Assembly (NCBI GenBank): GCA_963748455.1
Contig: CAVVJD010000020.1
Span: 17,097 to 81,096 of the forward strand
DNA: 64,000 nucleotides
Origin: an uncultured Alphaproteobacteria bacterium
Lineage (GTDB): Bacteria; Pseudomonadota; Alphaproteobacteria; CACIAM-22H2
Direction: 5' to 3'
Made by a program: the position numbers and the translations under genes. A model generated the notes under the pieces. The model was not told where the DNA came from. It saw nothing but the letters and a program-made list of their open reading frames with translations, and made no database searches. Below, one piece after another: positions 10,399 through 20,096 of this stretch (the first letter of the stretch is position 1; every line of letters begins with the position of its first letter).

Positions 10399-10928
10399 GA
10401 CGGCGGATCGAAAGCGGCCGGGTAGCGAACGCTTCCCGCTTTTCCGTCGAGCGCGCCTTTCGTTAAAACCAACGCCATGAACGCGTCGCCCGCGTAAGGC
10501 GATGACAGTGCGCGCGCGAGCGACGCTGAAAATCCGAAACGCGCGTAATAGGCCGGATGGCCGAGCACGATGACGGCATCCCAGCCATCGTCGTGCAGTC
10601 GTGTGAGCCCCGCTTCGACCAAACGTGCGCCGATGCCGGTGCGCTGACGATCGGGCCGCACCGCCAGCGGCGCCAGCGAGACGGCGCGCACGGTTCGAGC
10701 GTCGACCTCTACCGCCAGCGCGCTGAACAAGATGTGGCCGACGACCACGTTGTCGTCCAACGCGACCAGCGACACCGCGACGAGACCGTCGCGATGCAGT
10801 CGCGCAACCAACGCCGCCTCGAACGCACCGCCGAACGCCGCGCGATGTAGGTCCGCGATGCCGGACTCATGTGCAGGCGTTTCATCGACGATCTCAATCA
10901 CGCGCAATGTTCCGTGCTTCGTCCTCAC
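10395..10928 (-). CDS. GNAT-family N-acetyltransferase
   Basis: ORF 10395..10928 (GTG start lying inside a REP hairpin, so the true start may be a little downstream). [14 protein letters not shown] acetyl-CoA motif. Confidence 0.7.
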   Translation of the reverse strand: MRTKHGTLRVIEIVDETPAHESGIADLHRAAFGGAFEAALVARLHRDGLVAVSLVALDDNVVVGHILFSALAVEVDARTVRAVSLAPLAVRPDRQRTGIGARLVEAGLTRLHDDGWDAVIVLGHPAYYARFGFSASLARALSSPYAGDAFMALVLTKGALDGKAGSVRYPAAFDPPS

Positions 10929-11007
10929 CCTTCGACAACCTCAGGGTGAGGACTTCTTGGAATGGACCTACAGAAAAACCTCATCCTGAGCTTGTCGAAG
11001 GATGAGG
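10921..11007. repeat. REP-like double hairpin (family C: CCTCA(C/T)CC ... GG(A/G)TGAGG)
   Basis: 11-bp stem GTCCTCACCCT/AGGGTGAGGAC (10921-10953) and 8-bp stem CCTCATCC/GGATGAGG (10979-11007). Arms recur at 53139-53259. Confidence 0.7.
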
Positions 11008-13209
11008 CTCGGAGCGGTCTGACGGCGGCGTCCTGCGGGCCCGTGGCTCCGGCGGTTTCGGGACCCACGGCCGCGCCCCGCGCGATTCGCGCACGCTCTC
11101 GATGCGCACGCCATCGCGCTCGAGCCAGACTGCGTGCCCGCCGTCGCGCCACAGCGAAAATTTATCGACGACCGCCTGCGCGCTGGCACATTTGCGCCGC
11201 ACCGGCACGATCGCGACGACGACGCTGGCGGCGCCGCAATCCTCACTCAGCGCCGCGGCATCGCGCACAAGAGCGACCACCTGTCCGCGCGCGCGATAGA
11301 GGCAGCCGGCGGGATCGCACACCAGCCGGCCATCGATGCTCGCACCCGCGCTGGGCCACAGCGCCATCTCCTCCTGCCCGGCGCGCCGCAGCCAACTGTC
11401 GCGCGTCAGCGGCGCCGCGCGATCGGAAGAAAGCTGCAGCAACCCGTCGGCCCCGCGCACAGCCACCAGCTTTGCGTCGCCCGAGACCAGCACATCGGGC
11501 CCGCGCGCGAAGGCGATCGACAGTAGCCCGATGAGGAGAACCAGCACGCCCGCGAGCCGCCAGCGCGTCTGCCACAGGCACAGCCACAAGCCGCCGACCG
11601 TCACGGCGATCAAGCCCCAGACCGGCATCGCCGGCAGCAGCGCCACGGCACCGCCCCAGCCCGCGACCGTTTGGGCAACGACGATGATCACTTCCACGCC
11701 CCAGCCCATCGGCACCAGCGCCCAATATTCCAGGCCCAGTGGCCAGAGCAACGCCGCCGCGACGGCGAGCGGCATCACCCAGATACCGGTGAGCGGCACG
11801 GCGATCAGATTGGCGATCAGCCCGAACGCCGCGAAGCGATTGAAGTGGTAGAGCGCATAGGGCGCCGACGCGAAGCCCGCCACCAGCGTCGTCATGCCCA
11901 CACCGGCGAGGCCGACCAGGGCGCGCCGCGCCACACCGCCGCCGGCGCGCCACGACGCGAAGCGCTCGCGCACCACCTCCCACGCCGCGATCAGCGCCAG
12001 CACCGCCGCGAACGACATCTGGAAGCTCGGTCCCAGCAGGCTTTCCGGCAGCAGCGCAAGAACCGCGAACGCCGCCCACGCCACCAGCCGCATTGTGATC
12101 GCCGTGCGGTCGATCAGCACGGCGAACAGCACGATGCTGGTCATCAGCCACGAGCGCTGCGTCGGCACACCCGGAGTCGCGAACAGCGTGTAGAAGGTGA
12201 TCGCGAGGAACGCCGCGACGGCGGCCCATTTCTTGATCGCATACGCGAGCGCCACGCGCGGGATCAGCGCCAGGATCTGCCGCACGGCGACGAACACGAT
12301 CGAGGCGACCAATCCGATATGCAGGCCCGAAATCGACAGCAGATGCGCCAAGCCCGAATCGCGCATCGCCGCCATCACGTCCGGCGGGATGGCGCCCATT
12401 TCACCGGTGAGCAGTGCAGCTGCGATCGCACCCGCCGGGCCCGGGATCGCCGCCATCGTCCGCTCGACCACGCTCTGCCGCAGCGCATTGATCTTCAACT
12501 TCCAGCCGGACGATGACGCCACACCGTCGATCACGCGCGGCGGTGCCACGGCGTAGCCCACCGCACCCAGCCGGTCGAACCAAGCCTGGCGCTGGAAATC
12601 ATAGGCGCCCGGCGCCGCCGGTCCTGGCGGCGGCATCAAGATCGCGCGCAGCGTCACCCGTTCGCCCGGCCGCAACGCCGCCTCCGCCGCGCGGCCGCGC
12701 AGATTGACGCGAACTTTTACGGGCGTGCGTTCAGGTGCGACACCCGCAAGATCGAGCGTGTCGAGGATCACGCGCCGCCCTTCGGGCCGGATCTCGACCG
12801 CGACCACGCGCCCGTCGAGGCGCGCCGGCCCCCAGCGCTGGTCGAGCACCGGTGCCGCCACCATCGCGGCGCGCCACTGCGCGGCGGCAAGCCCCGACCC
12901 GATCGCCACCAGCGCGATCGCCGGCACCAACAAGGCCGCCTGAGTCCGGCCGAGGATCGCCGCCAGCAGCGCGCCGAAGGCAAGCGCCAGCCCCACCCAC
13001 AGCGGCGGCTCCTCAGGCAGCGCGAAATAGAGGCCAATGCCGGCGCCGAACGCCACCGGGAGCCACAACAGCCAGCGATCGCGCTCGGCGGCGAAGACGT
13101 CGCCGAGCCAAGACGCAGCGCTTGTACGCGCGCCCCCGAACTGCCCGAAAATGGCCGCCCCGCCGATCATTGCGGCCGACATTAGCCCGGCCTTGCCAGA
13201 GCGCGCCAA
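10981..13209 (-). CDS. comEC: ComEC/Rec2-family DNA internalisation channel protein
   Basis: ORF 10981..13209, 742 aa, polytopic membrane core (GLAHLLSISGLHIGLV) plus C-terminal metallo-beta-lactamase-like region. The last codons run into the REP element. Confidence 0.85.
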   Translation of the reverse strand: MARSGKAGLMSAAMIGGAAIFGQFGGARTSAASWLGDVFAAERDRWLLWLPVAFGAGIGLYFALPEEPPLWVGLALAFGALLAAILGRTQAALLVPAIALVAIGSGLAAAQWRAAMVAAPVLDQRWGPARLDGRVVAVEIRPEGRRVILDTLDLAGVAPERTPVKVRVNLRGRAAEAALRPGERVTLRAILMPPPGPAAPGAYDFQRQAWFDRLGAVGYAVAPPRVIDGVASSSGWKLKINALRQSVVERTMAAIPGPAGAIAAALLTGEMGAIPPDVMAAMRDSGLAHLLSISGLHIGLVASIVFVAVRQILALIPRVALAYAIKKWAAVAAFLAITFYTLFATPGVPTQRSWLMTSIVLFAVLIDRTAITMRLVAWAAFAVLALLPESLLGPSFQMSFAAVLALIAAWEVVRERFASWRAGGGVARRALVGLAGVGMTTLVAGFASAPYALYHFNRFAAFGLIANLIAVPLTGIWVMPLAVAAALLWPLGLEYWALVPMGWGVEVIIVVAQTVAGWGGAVALLPAMPVWGLIAVTVGGLWLCLWQTRWRLAGVLVLLIGLLSIAFARGPDVLVSGDAKLVAVRGADGLLQLSSDRAAPLTRDSWLRRAGQEEMALWPSAGASIDGRLVCDPAGCLYRARGQVVALVRDAAALSEDCGAASVVVAIVPVRRKCASAQAVVDKFSLWRDGGHAVWLERDGVRIESVRESRGARPWVPKPPEPRARRTPPSDRSEPHPSTSSG

Positions 13210-13302
13210 TGGACCAATTGAGCCGTGTGTCCGGTGGCCTATTCGCCGGACCCCTGCTAAAACCTCGCCCGAATTTCAAATCACCCGGATCGACGCAATC
13301 TC

Positions 13303-14703
13303 ATGTCCATCGTCTGCCGCTTTGCCCCCTCGCCCACCGGCTTCCTGCACATTGGCGGTGCGCGCACCGCGCTGTTCAACTGGCTGTTCGCCCGCCATCA
13401 CGGCGGCAAATTCCTGCTGCGCATCGAGGACACCGACCGCGCGCGCTCGACGCCCGAAGCGGTCGAGGCGATCCTCGACGGCATGCGCTGGCTCGAGCTC
13501 GATTGGGATGGCGAGGTCGTCTACCAGTTCGCGCGCGCCCCGCGCCATGCCGAGGTCGCGCGCCAGCTGCTGGCCGAGGGCAAAGCCTATTTTTGCTTCT
13601 GCACGCCGGCCGAGCTCGAGGAGATGCGCGCCGCCGCCAAGGCCGCCGGCAAGCCGATGCGCTATGACGGCCGCTGGCGCGATCGCGACCCCAAGGAAGG
13701 TCCGAGCGACGTCAAGCCGGTGATCCGCCTCAAGGCCCCGCTGACCGGCCAGACGGTTATCCGCGATGTGGTGCAGGGCGACGTCGTCGTCGGCAACGAG
13801 CAGCTCGACGACATGGTGCTGCTGCGCGGCGACGGGACACCCACCTACATGCACTCGGTCGTGGTCGACGATCACGACATGGGCGTGACGCACGTCATCC
13901 GCGGCGATGACCATCTCAACAACGCCGCGCGCCAGATGCAGTTGATCCAGGCGATGGGCTGGCAGGTGCCGGTCTATGCGCATATCCCGCTGATCCACGG
14001 CGCCGATGGCGCCAAGCTGTCCAAGCGCCATGGAGCGCAAGCCGTCGGCGATTATCGGGACATGGGCTACCTGCCCGAGGCCGTGCGCAACTACCTGCTG
14101 CGCTTGGGTTGAAGTCATGGCGACGAGGAAACCATCTCGACCGAGCAGGCGATCAAGTGGTTCGATCTCGATGCCGTCGGCCGCTCCGCCGCGCGCTTCG
14201 ACTTCGCCAAGCTCAACAACCTCAACGGCCACTACATCCGCGAGGCGGCACCCGAGCGCCTGGTCGATTTCATCGTCCCGCGCCTCGAAAAAACACTCGG
14301 CACGCCGGTCGATCCGGAGGGCCGTCGGCGCTTGGTCGAAGGCATGGCCGGCCTCAAAGCGCGCGCCAAGACCCTGGTGGAGCTGGCCGACAGCGCGACC
14401 TTCTACGTCAAGAAGCGCCCGCTGGTACTGGACGACAAAGCCCAGAAACTGCTCGCCGGCCCCGGCAGCGAGCGGCTCGCCGCCCTGATTCCCGCCCTCG
14501 AGGCCGTCAGCGACTGGACTGCGCCCGCCCTGGAGGCGGCGGTCCGCGCGGCCGCCGAGTCGGCGGCGATCAAGCTGGGCGATCTGGCGCAGCCATTGCG
14601 CGCTGCACTGACCGGCGGCGCCACCTCCCCGCCGATCTTCGAGGTGATGGCGGTTTTGGGACGCGCGGAATCGCTGGGTCGTCTTGCCAACTCAAGGCGT
14701 TAA
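13303..14703 (+). pseudogene. gltX: glutamate--tRNA ligase with a single in-frame TGA (14110-14112) at the conserved Trp of LGWSHGD
   Basis: ORF 13303..14112 ([21 protein letters not shown]) ends ...NYLLRLG*. The same frame continues without further stops as [19 protein letters not shown]... into ORF 14332..14703. Both ORFs are in frame 1. Confidence 0.9.
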
Positions 14704-14816
14704 CCATAAGTACAAGGGCCGTTTGCCTTGCGGCCCGCCGATCTCTATTCTGTGTTGCAGGTGCGTTGCTGAACCGGGAGCGAATGAATGTCTTCCGGAG
14801 TTAAGGAATATCTTCG

Positions 14817-16193
14817 ATGGCCACTGCCAAGACGAAAGCCGCTCCACCCGCAAAGACCGCCCCCGCTGCCAAACCCGTCGCCAAGCCCGGCGCGGGGTCC
14901 AACGAATACGTGACTCTGACCGACCACAGCAACGGCAAGTCCTACGATCTGCCGCTGATTCCGGGTTCGACCGGCCCCAAGGTCATTGACGTCCGCAAGC
15001 TCTACAGCGACACCGGCCACTTCACCTACGACCCCGGCTTCACCTCGACGGGCTCGTGTGAATCCAAGATCACCTATATCGATGGCGACGAAGGCATCCT
15101 CATGCATCGCGGTTACGCGATCGAGGACCTGGCCGAGCACGCCGATTTCATGGAGGTTTGCTACCTCCTGCTCAAGGGCGAATTGCCCGACCCGGCGCAG
15201 AAGGCGAAATTCGTCAACGACATCACGCGGCACACGATGCTGCATGAGCAGATCAACCGCTTCTTCACGGGCTTCCGGCGCGATGCGCACCCGATGGCGG
15301 TGATGTGCGGCGTGGTCGGGGCACTCTCGGCCTTCTATCACGACAGCCTGGACATCAACGACCCGCACCAGCGCATGGTCGCGTCCTATCGCATGATCGC
15401 GAAGATGCCGACGATCGCCGCGATGGCGTACAAATACTCGATCGGCCAGCCCTTCATGTATCCCAACAACGCGTTGGGCTTCGCCGAAAACTTCCTCCAC
15501 ATGACGTTCGCCGTGCCGTGCGAGCCCTACAAGGTGAAGCCCTCGGTCGCGCGCGCCATGGACCGCATCTTCATCCTGCACGCCGATCACGAGCAGAACG
15601 CCTCGACCTCAACCGTGCGCCTCGCCGGCTCGTCGGGCGCCAATCCGTTCGCGTGCATCGCGGCGGGCATTGCTTCGCTGTGGGGCCCCGCGCATGGCGG
15701 CGCCAACGAAGCCGTGCTCAAGATGCTGAACGAGATTGGCTCCAAGGAGCGCATCCCGGAGTTCATCAAGCGCGCCAAGGACAAGAACAGCGGCGTCCGC
15801 CTGATGGGCTTCGGCCACCGTGTCTACAAGAACTACGACCCGCGCGCTGCCGTGCTGCGCAAATCCTGCCACGAGGTTCTGGGCGAGCTGGGCGTCAAGC
15901 ACGACCCGCTGCTCGAACTCGCGATGGAGCTGGAGAAGGTCGCCCTCAACGACGAGTACTTCGTCTCCAAGAAGCTCTTCCCGAACGTCGATTTCTATTC
16001 GGGCATCATCTTGAAGGCGATGGGCTTCCCGACCTCGATGTTCACTGTTCTGTTCGCCGTCGCACGTACGGTTGGGTGGATTGCGCAGTGGAACGAGATG
16101 ATCGAGGATCCCTCGCAGAAGATCGGCCGGCCGCGCCAGCTCTACACCGGCCACACCAAGCGGGCGTACGTACAGCTCGCCAAGCGCAAGTAA
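14817..16193 (+). CDS. gltA: citrate synthase (type II) with an Ala/Lys/Pro-rich N-terminal extension
   Basis: ORF 14817..16193. [28 protein letters not shown] motifs. Confidence 0.93.
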   Translation: MATAKTKAAPPAKTAPAAKPVAKPGAGSNEYVTLTDHSNGKSYDLPLIPGSTGPKVIDVRKLYSDTGHFTYDPGFTSTGSCESKITYIDGDEGILMHRGYAIEDLAEHADFMEVCYLLLKGELPDPAQKAKFVNDITRHTMLHEQINRFFTGFRRDAHPMAVMCGVVGALSAFYHDSLDINDPHQRMVASYRMIAKMPTIAAMAYKYSIGQPFMYPNNALGFAENFLHMTFAVPCEPYKVKPSVARAMDRIFILHADHEQNASTSTVRLAGSSGANPFACIAAGIASLWGPAHGGANEAVLKMLNEIGSKERIPEFIKRAKDKNSGVRLMGFGHRVYKNYDPRAAVLRKSCHEVLGELGVKHDPLLELAMELEKVALNDEYFVSKKLFPNVDFYSGIILKAMGFPTSMFTVLFAVARTVGWIAQWNEMIEDPSQKIGRPRQLYTGHTKRAYVQLAKRK

Positions 16194-16201
16194 GGGGAAC
16201 C

Positions 16202-16399
16202 ATGGCCCGCCGCCACTATCGCCACGACGACACACGGCCGCTTCCGGCCTCCGGGGTGCGCCAGCTCTGGGTGGGCTTCATGCCCCCCGCCGCCAACGAC
16301 AACCAGGCGCCCGCATTATTGCGGATGCTGCGCTGGTCGCTGGCGGGGTTGGTGCTGCTGATGTCCGGCTGGATGCTGTTCGGCGGCACGCCGCTCTAG
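16202..16399 (+). CDS. small hypothetical membrane protein (65 aa)
   Basis: ATG 16202 preceded by AAGGGGA at -12..-6. One hydrophobic helix LAGLVLLMSGWMLFGG. Part of the longer artefactual ORF 15305..16399. No family recognised. Confidence 0.35.
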   Translation: MARRHYRHDDTRPLPASGVRQLWVGFMPPAANDNQAPALLRMLRWSLAGLVLLMSGWMLFGGTPL

Positions 16400-17028
16400 C
16401 GCCGGTCGTCGAACGCGAGCCGGACGGCCAGGCCGGCAAACACCGTCCCGAGCAGCAGCCGCGGCGCGCGATGCCAGCGGCCGCGACCGGCAAAGACCTT
16501 GCCGAGACGACTGGCCGTCATGATGACGGCCCCATTGACCACGATCCCGATCAGATTGAGGACGGTCGCCAGCAGCATGATCTGCACGGCGACGGAGCCC
16601 GCACTGGGCTGCACGAATTGCGGAAACAGTGCCAGCACGAACAAGGCCATCTTGGGATTGAGCAGGTTGGTCAGCAGGCCCTGCCGGAACACCGATCCGA
16701 TCGAGTATCGCTGTGATCCGGCCGCCGGAGCACTCACCGCTCCGCTCGAACGAAACGTCTGCCAAGCGAGATAGAGCAAATACGCCGCGCCCACGTAGCG
16801 CACGACGTCGTACGCAAGCGGAACGACCAGAAATAACTGCGAAAGCCCCAGCGCGGCCGCAAGAGCATGGCAGTAGGTGCCGACCTGGATGCCGGCGAGC
16901 GTCGCAAAGCCCGAGGCCCGGCCCTAACTCATACTGCGCGAGGCAATCAGCAGCATGTCCGGGCCCGGCGTGGCGGTCAGCGCCAGGCAAGCCACAGCGA
17001 AAAGAACAAGGGTAGAGAAATCCGGCAT
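16396..17028 (-). pseudogene. LysE/RhtB-family amino-acid exporter with an in-frame TAG (16924-16926)
   Basis: N-terminus MPDFSTLVLFAVACLALTATPGPDMLLIASRSMS* (end of ORF 16924..17259). The same frame continues GRASGFATLAGIQVGTYCHALAAALGLSQLFLVVPLAYDVVRYVGAAYLLYLAW into ORF 16396..16803. Confidence 0.8.
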
Positions 17029-17051
17029 ACGAAAACGCTCCGGAGCCCGTC

Positions 17052-17490
17052 TCAGGCGCGCTGAATCAGCTCGATCTTGTAGCCGTCCGGATCCTCGACG
17101 AACGCGATCACCGTCGTGCCGTGCTTCATCGGCCCCGGCGGGCGCGTGATTTTGACGCCCGACGCCGCCAGCTTCTCGCACGTGCCGTAGATGTCGGGCA
17201 CGCCCAGCGCGATATGGCCGTAGGCATCGCCCAGCTTGTAGTTCTCCGTACGGCCCCAATTATAGGTGAGCTCGATCACCGCATTCGAACTCTTCGGGGC
17301 CGTAACCGACGAAGGCCAGCGTGAACTTGCCGTCCGGGAAATCCTTCTTGCGCAGGAGCTGCATGGCCAGCGGCCCGGTGTAGAACGCCAGCGACTTGTC
17401 CAGGTCGTTCACGCGCAGCATCGTGTGCAGCATGCGGAACTGGCCGGTCGCGGCACCGCCTGCGGTCTTGGTCATGGTCTCGGTGGTCAT
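17052..17490 (-). pseudogene. gloA: lactoylglutathione lyase (glyoxalase I), +1 frameshift near 17283-17292
   Basis: ORF 17260..17610 carries [51 protein letters not shown] 17052..17279 carries [26 protein letters not shown]...[25 protein letters not shown]. Joined length is 3n+1. Confidence 0.85.
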
Positions 17491-17563
17491 GGCTTGCTCC
17501 CTGGATAGGCAGGTCCTGCGGGCCACAACATGCCGCATCGCGCCGCCCGGCGCCAGCCCGCGC

Positions 17564-17917
17564 TCAGCCCGTGTGCTTCTGCCCCCACTCCCGCAGCGCC
17601 TTGAGCGCAAAGCGCAATTCGTGCCCCTTGTCGGTCAGCACATACTCCGCGCGCGGCGGGTGCTCTTCGTAGAAGCGCCGGACGACGATGCCGTTCTCTT
17701 CGAGCACTTTCAGCCGCGCCGACAACGTGTTTGGGCTGATGCCGACCAGCGATTGCTCGAAATCCTGGAATTTGCGCGGGCCGTGCAGCACGAGGTCGCG
17801 CAAGATCAAGATGGTCCAACGCTCGCCGATGATCGCCAGCGTGCGCGCGACCGGGCAGCGGTCGAGCGCTGAAAGACGAGTACGTTTAGAAAGGGCTTCT
17901 GCGCTTCGCTGCGGCAT
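17564..17917 (-). CDS. HxlR-family transcriptional regulator
   Basis: ORF 17564..17917. CPVARTLAIIGERWTILILRDL ... FQDFEQSL.GISPNTLSARLKVLEENGIV, typical HxlR wHTH. Confidence 0.88.
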   Translation of the reverse strand: MPQRSAEALSKRTRLSALDRCPVARTLAIIGERWTILILRDLVLHGPRKFQDFEQSLVGISPNTLSARLKVLEENGIVVRRFYEEHPPRAEYVLTDKGHELRFALKALREWGQKHTG

Positions 17918-17957
17918 GATGGATACGGCTCACGATCAGTTCCAGCCCATGTTAGTA

Positions 17958-17974
17958 ACTTCATAAAATGAAGT
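17958..17974. promoter_or_regulatory. perfect 7-3-7 palindrome ACTTCAT-aaa-ATGAAGT (candidate HxlR operator)
   Basis: Read directly in the 114-nt AT-rich hxlR/MATE divergent intergenic region. Confidence 0.4.
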
Positions 17975-17976
17975 CA

Positions 17977-18012
17977 TTGACAAAAATACCATTGCGACTA
18001 TAATTTTTATAG
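17977..18012 (+). promoter_or_regulatory. consensus sigma70-type promoter TTGACA-N16-TATAAT for the MATE gene, -10 overlapped by palindrome CTATAA-ttt-TTATAG
   Basis: TTGACA 17977-17982, TATAAT 17999-18004, palindrome 17998-18012. MATE ATG at 18032. Confidence 0.5.
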
Positions 18013-18031
18013 TTACAGCGGAGTATCGTGC

Positions 18032-19450
18032 ATGACCCGCCCCGCAACGGCCCTGGCGGCCGCACCGCCCCTTGCAGCACTGCGTCCGGTGACGGCGGCG
18101 AACCCGCTGGGGTTCCTGCTCGACGGTGCCATTGCCGGGCCGCTGCTGCGCCTCGCCCTCCCCACCATTCTCGTGCTTGTGGTGCAGACCTTCGTCAGCG
18201 TGGCGGAGACGTATTTCGTCGGCTATCTCGGCACGACGGCGCTGGCCGGAGTCTCTCTCGTTTTCCCAGTTCTGATGCTGATGACCATGATGTCCAATGG
18301 CGGCATTGGCGGCGGCGTTTCTTCGGCCACCGCGCGCGCCCTGGGTGCGGGCCGCCGGCGCGACGCGGACGCGCTGGTGCTGCACGCTGTCGTCCTTGCC
18401 GTTCTGTTCGGTCTCGCCTTCACGCTCGGCGTTCTGGGTGCCGGCGAATTTCTCTACCGCGCTCTCGGTGGTACGGGCGAAGAGCTGGTCGCGGCGTGGC
18501 AATATTCCAGCTTTGTGTTCGGCGGCGCGATCCTCATCTGGATCGCCAATCTGCTCTCCGCATCGCTACGCGGCGCCGGCAATGTCCGGGTCCCAGCACT
18601 TATCACGCTGGGCGGCGCCGTGATCGTCGTTCCGCTCTCGCCCGCACTGATCTTCGGCCTTGGCCCCATGCCGCGCTTGGGTATTGCCGGCGCGGGCGTC
18701 GCCATCTTGATCTACTACACACTCGCGACTCTGGCCCTCGTCCTCTATATGCGCAGCGCTCACAGCCCAGTACGGCTGACAGCCGCACCGCTGCGCGCGC
18801 AATTGTTCAAGGACATTCTCGGCGTCGGCGGCCTCTCCGCCATCGGCACGGTACAGGCCAATCTGACCGTTGCCGTCGTGACGTCGCTGGTCGGCGCGTA
18901 CGGCGCCGCAGCGATCGCCGGCTACGGCATCGCCTCGCGGCTCGATTACCTGCTGATCCCGCTCCTGTTCGGCCTCGGCACCGCGACCGTCACCATGGTC
19001 GGCGCCAATATCGGTGCCGGACGCTTCGAGCGCGCGCGCCGCGTTGCCTGGACCGCGGGCCTGATTGCCGCCGCGGCCACCGAGACGATCGGTGTGCTCG
19101 CCGCCCTTTTTCCCAATGCCTGGCTCGGCCTCTTCAGCGACGACCCACAGGTCCTGGCGGTAGGGGCACTCTATCTGCGCAGCGTCGCGCCGTTCTACGG
19201 CTTGGTCGGCCTGGGCATGGCGCTCTATTTTGCAAGCCAGGGCGCCAAACGCGTGCTCATTCCCGTCCTCGCCGGCACCGCGCGCCTGTTGATCGCCGCC
19301 GGCATCGGCTGGCTCGCCATGCATCAGCTCGGCGCGGGCTTATCGACGCTCTTCACGATCGTCGCCGCGTCCTCGATCGCCTTCGGGGCGGTGATCGCGC
19401 TTACGCTGGTGCTGCGGCCCTGGCGCGCCGCTGATCCTATTCGGGCGTAA
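18032..19450 (+). CDS. MATE-family efflux transporter
   Basis: ORF 18032..19450, 472 aa, about 12 hydrophobic segments, N-terminal LLRLALPTILVLVVQTFVSVAETYFVG typical of MATE/NorM. Confidence 0.85.
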   Translation: MTRPATALAAAPPLAALRPVTAANPLGFLLDGAIAGPLLRLALPTILVLVVQTFVSVAETYFVGYLGTTALAGVSLVFPVLMLMTMMSNGGIGGGVSSATARALGAGRRRDADALVLHAVVLAVLFGLAFTLGVLGAGEFLYRALGGTGEELVAAWQYSSFVFGGAILIWIANLLSASLRGAGNVRVPALITLGGAVIVVPLSPALIFGLGPMPRLGIAGAGVAILIYYTLATLALVLYMRSAHSPVRLTAAPLRAQLFKDILGVGGLSAIGTVQANLTVAVVTSLVGAYGAAAIAGYGIASRLDYLLIPLLFGLGTATVTMVGANIGAGRFERARRVAWTAGLIAAAATETIGVLAALFPNAWLGLFSDDPQVLAVGALYLRSVAPFYGLVGLGMALYFASQGAKRVLIPVLAGTARLLIAAGIGWLAMHQLGAGLSTLFTIVAASSIAFGAVIALTLVLRPWRAADPIRA

Positions 19451-19955
19451 GCCGATAGATTGGACCTGTCCAGCGCGCACCATCACCCTGTAATGCCTGC
19501 GCCGTGTAGCCAGGCACGTTCGCCAAAGCACGGCGCCAAAATTCCTGAGCCGGCCCGTTATAGTGCGCGATGTTGATTTCCCAGATCCCAGGGTAGCGCC
19601 GCAGGATTTCGTGCGCGGCGCGCCGGCCGATGCCGCCGCGTCGGTATTTACGCATCACGAAGAATTCCGCCACCGAGTGATCGACCCCTGCACCCGACGG
19701 CGACCATTGATTGACCATCGCAAAGCCGGCGAGATTGCGCTCGACGCGGAACAGCAAGGCCATACGCCCCGCTTCGCGCCAGTACGTATCGAAACTTTCC
19801 ATCTCGAACGCACCACTGTCATCGACATCGCCGAACGGCGAACCGACGGACGCAAATTCGGAGAAATCGTGCAGATAGAACTGGACCAGCCGCGCGATGA
19901 TCGGCTTTTCCGCCGGCCCAGCCAAAGTAATCTCAAAGTGTCGTGCCAAGTCCAT
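19437..19955 (-). CDS. GNAT-family acetyltransferase
   Basis: ORF 19437..20015 trimmed to MDLARHFEI (the upstream codons belong to a REP repeat). RKYRRGGIGRRAAHEIL acetyl-CoA motif. Confidence 0.7.
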   Translation of the reverse strand: MDLARHFEITLAGPAEKPIIARLVQFYLHDFSEFASVGSPFGDVDDSGAFEMESFDTYWREAGRMALLFRVERNLAGFAMVNQWSPSGAGVDHSVAEFFVMRKYRRGGIGRRAAHEILRRYPGIWEINIAHYNGPAQEFWRRALANVPGYTAQALQGDGARWTGPIYRLTPE

Positions 19956-19984
19956 GCGCAAGGTATAGGCCAGACAAAAATACC

Positions 19985-20072
19985 TGTCATGCGCGGGCTT
20001 GACCCGCGCACCCATAAGTCGCGCTGACGCGGAAACGGTTTATGGGCCCCCGGGTCAAGCCCGTGGGTGACA
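19985..20072. repeat. REP/MITE-like element (family B: TGTCA(T/C)(G/C)CGCGGGCTTGACCCG inverted arms)
   Basis: Arms 19985-20006 and 20051-20072 are reverse complements with 2 mismatches. Same arm sequence as 46964-47038. Confidence 0.8.
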
Positions 20073-20096
20073 AAAATTAATAGAGCGGGACAAAAT

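Noticed and set aside
14110-14112. Stop-codon reassignment or recoding (TGA as Trp or Sec in gltX; TAG read-through or Pyl in lysE and the PEP-CTERM gene).
   Set aside because: TGA and TAG serve as ordinary terminators of many well-supported genes in the same window (for example moaC, fabZ, uppS with TGA; the 8713 SDR and lysE with TAG). Trp is otherwise TGG. No SECIS-like hairpin follows the TGA, and no sel or pyl genes are seen. Single-base substitution or error is simpler.
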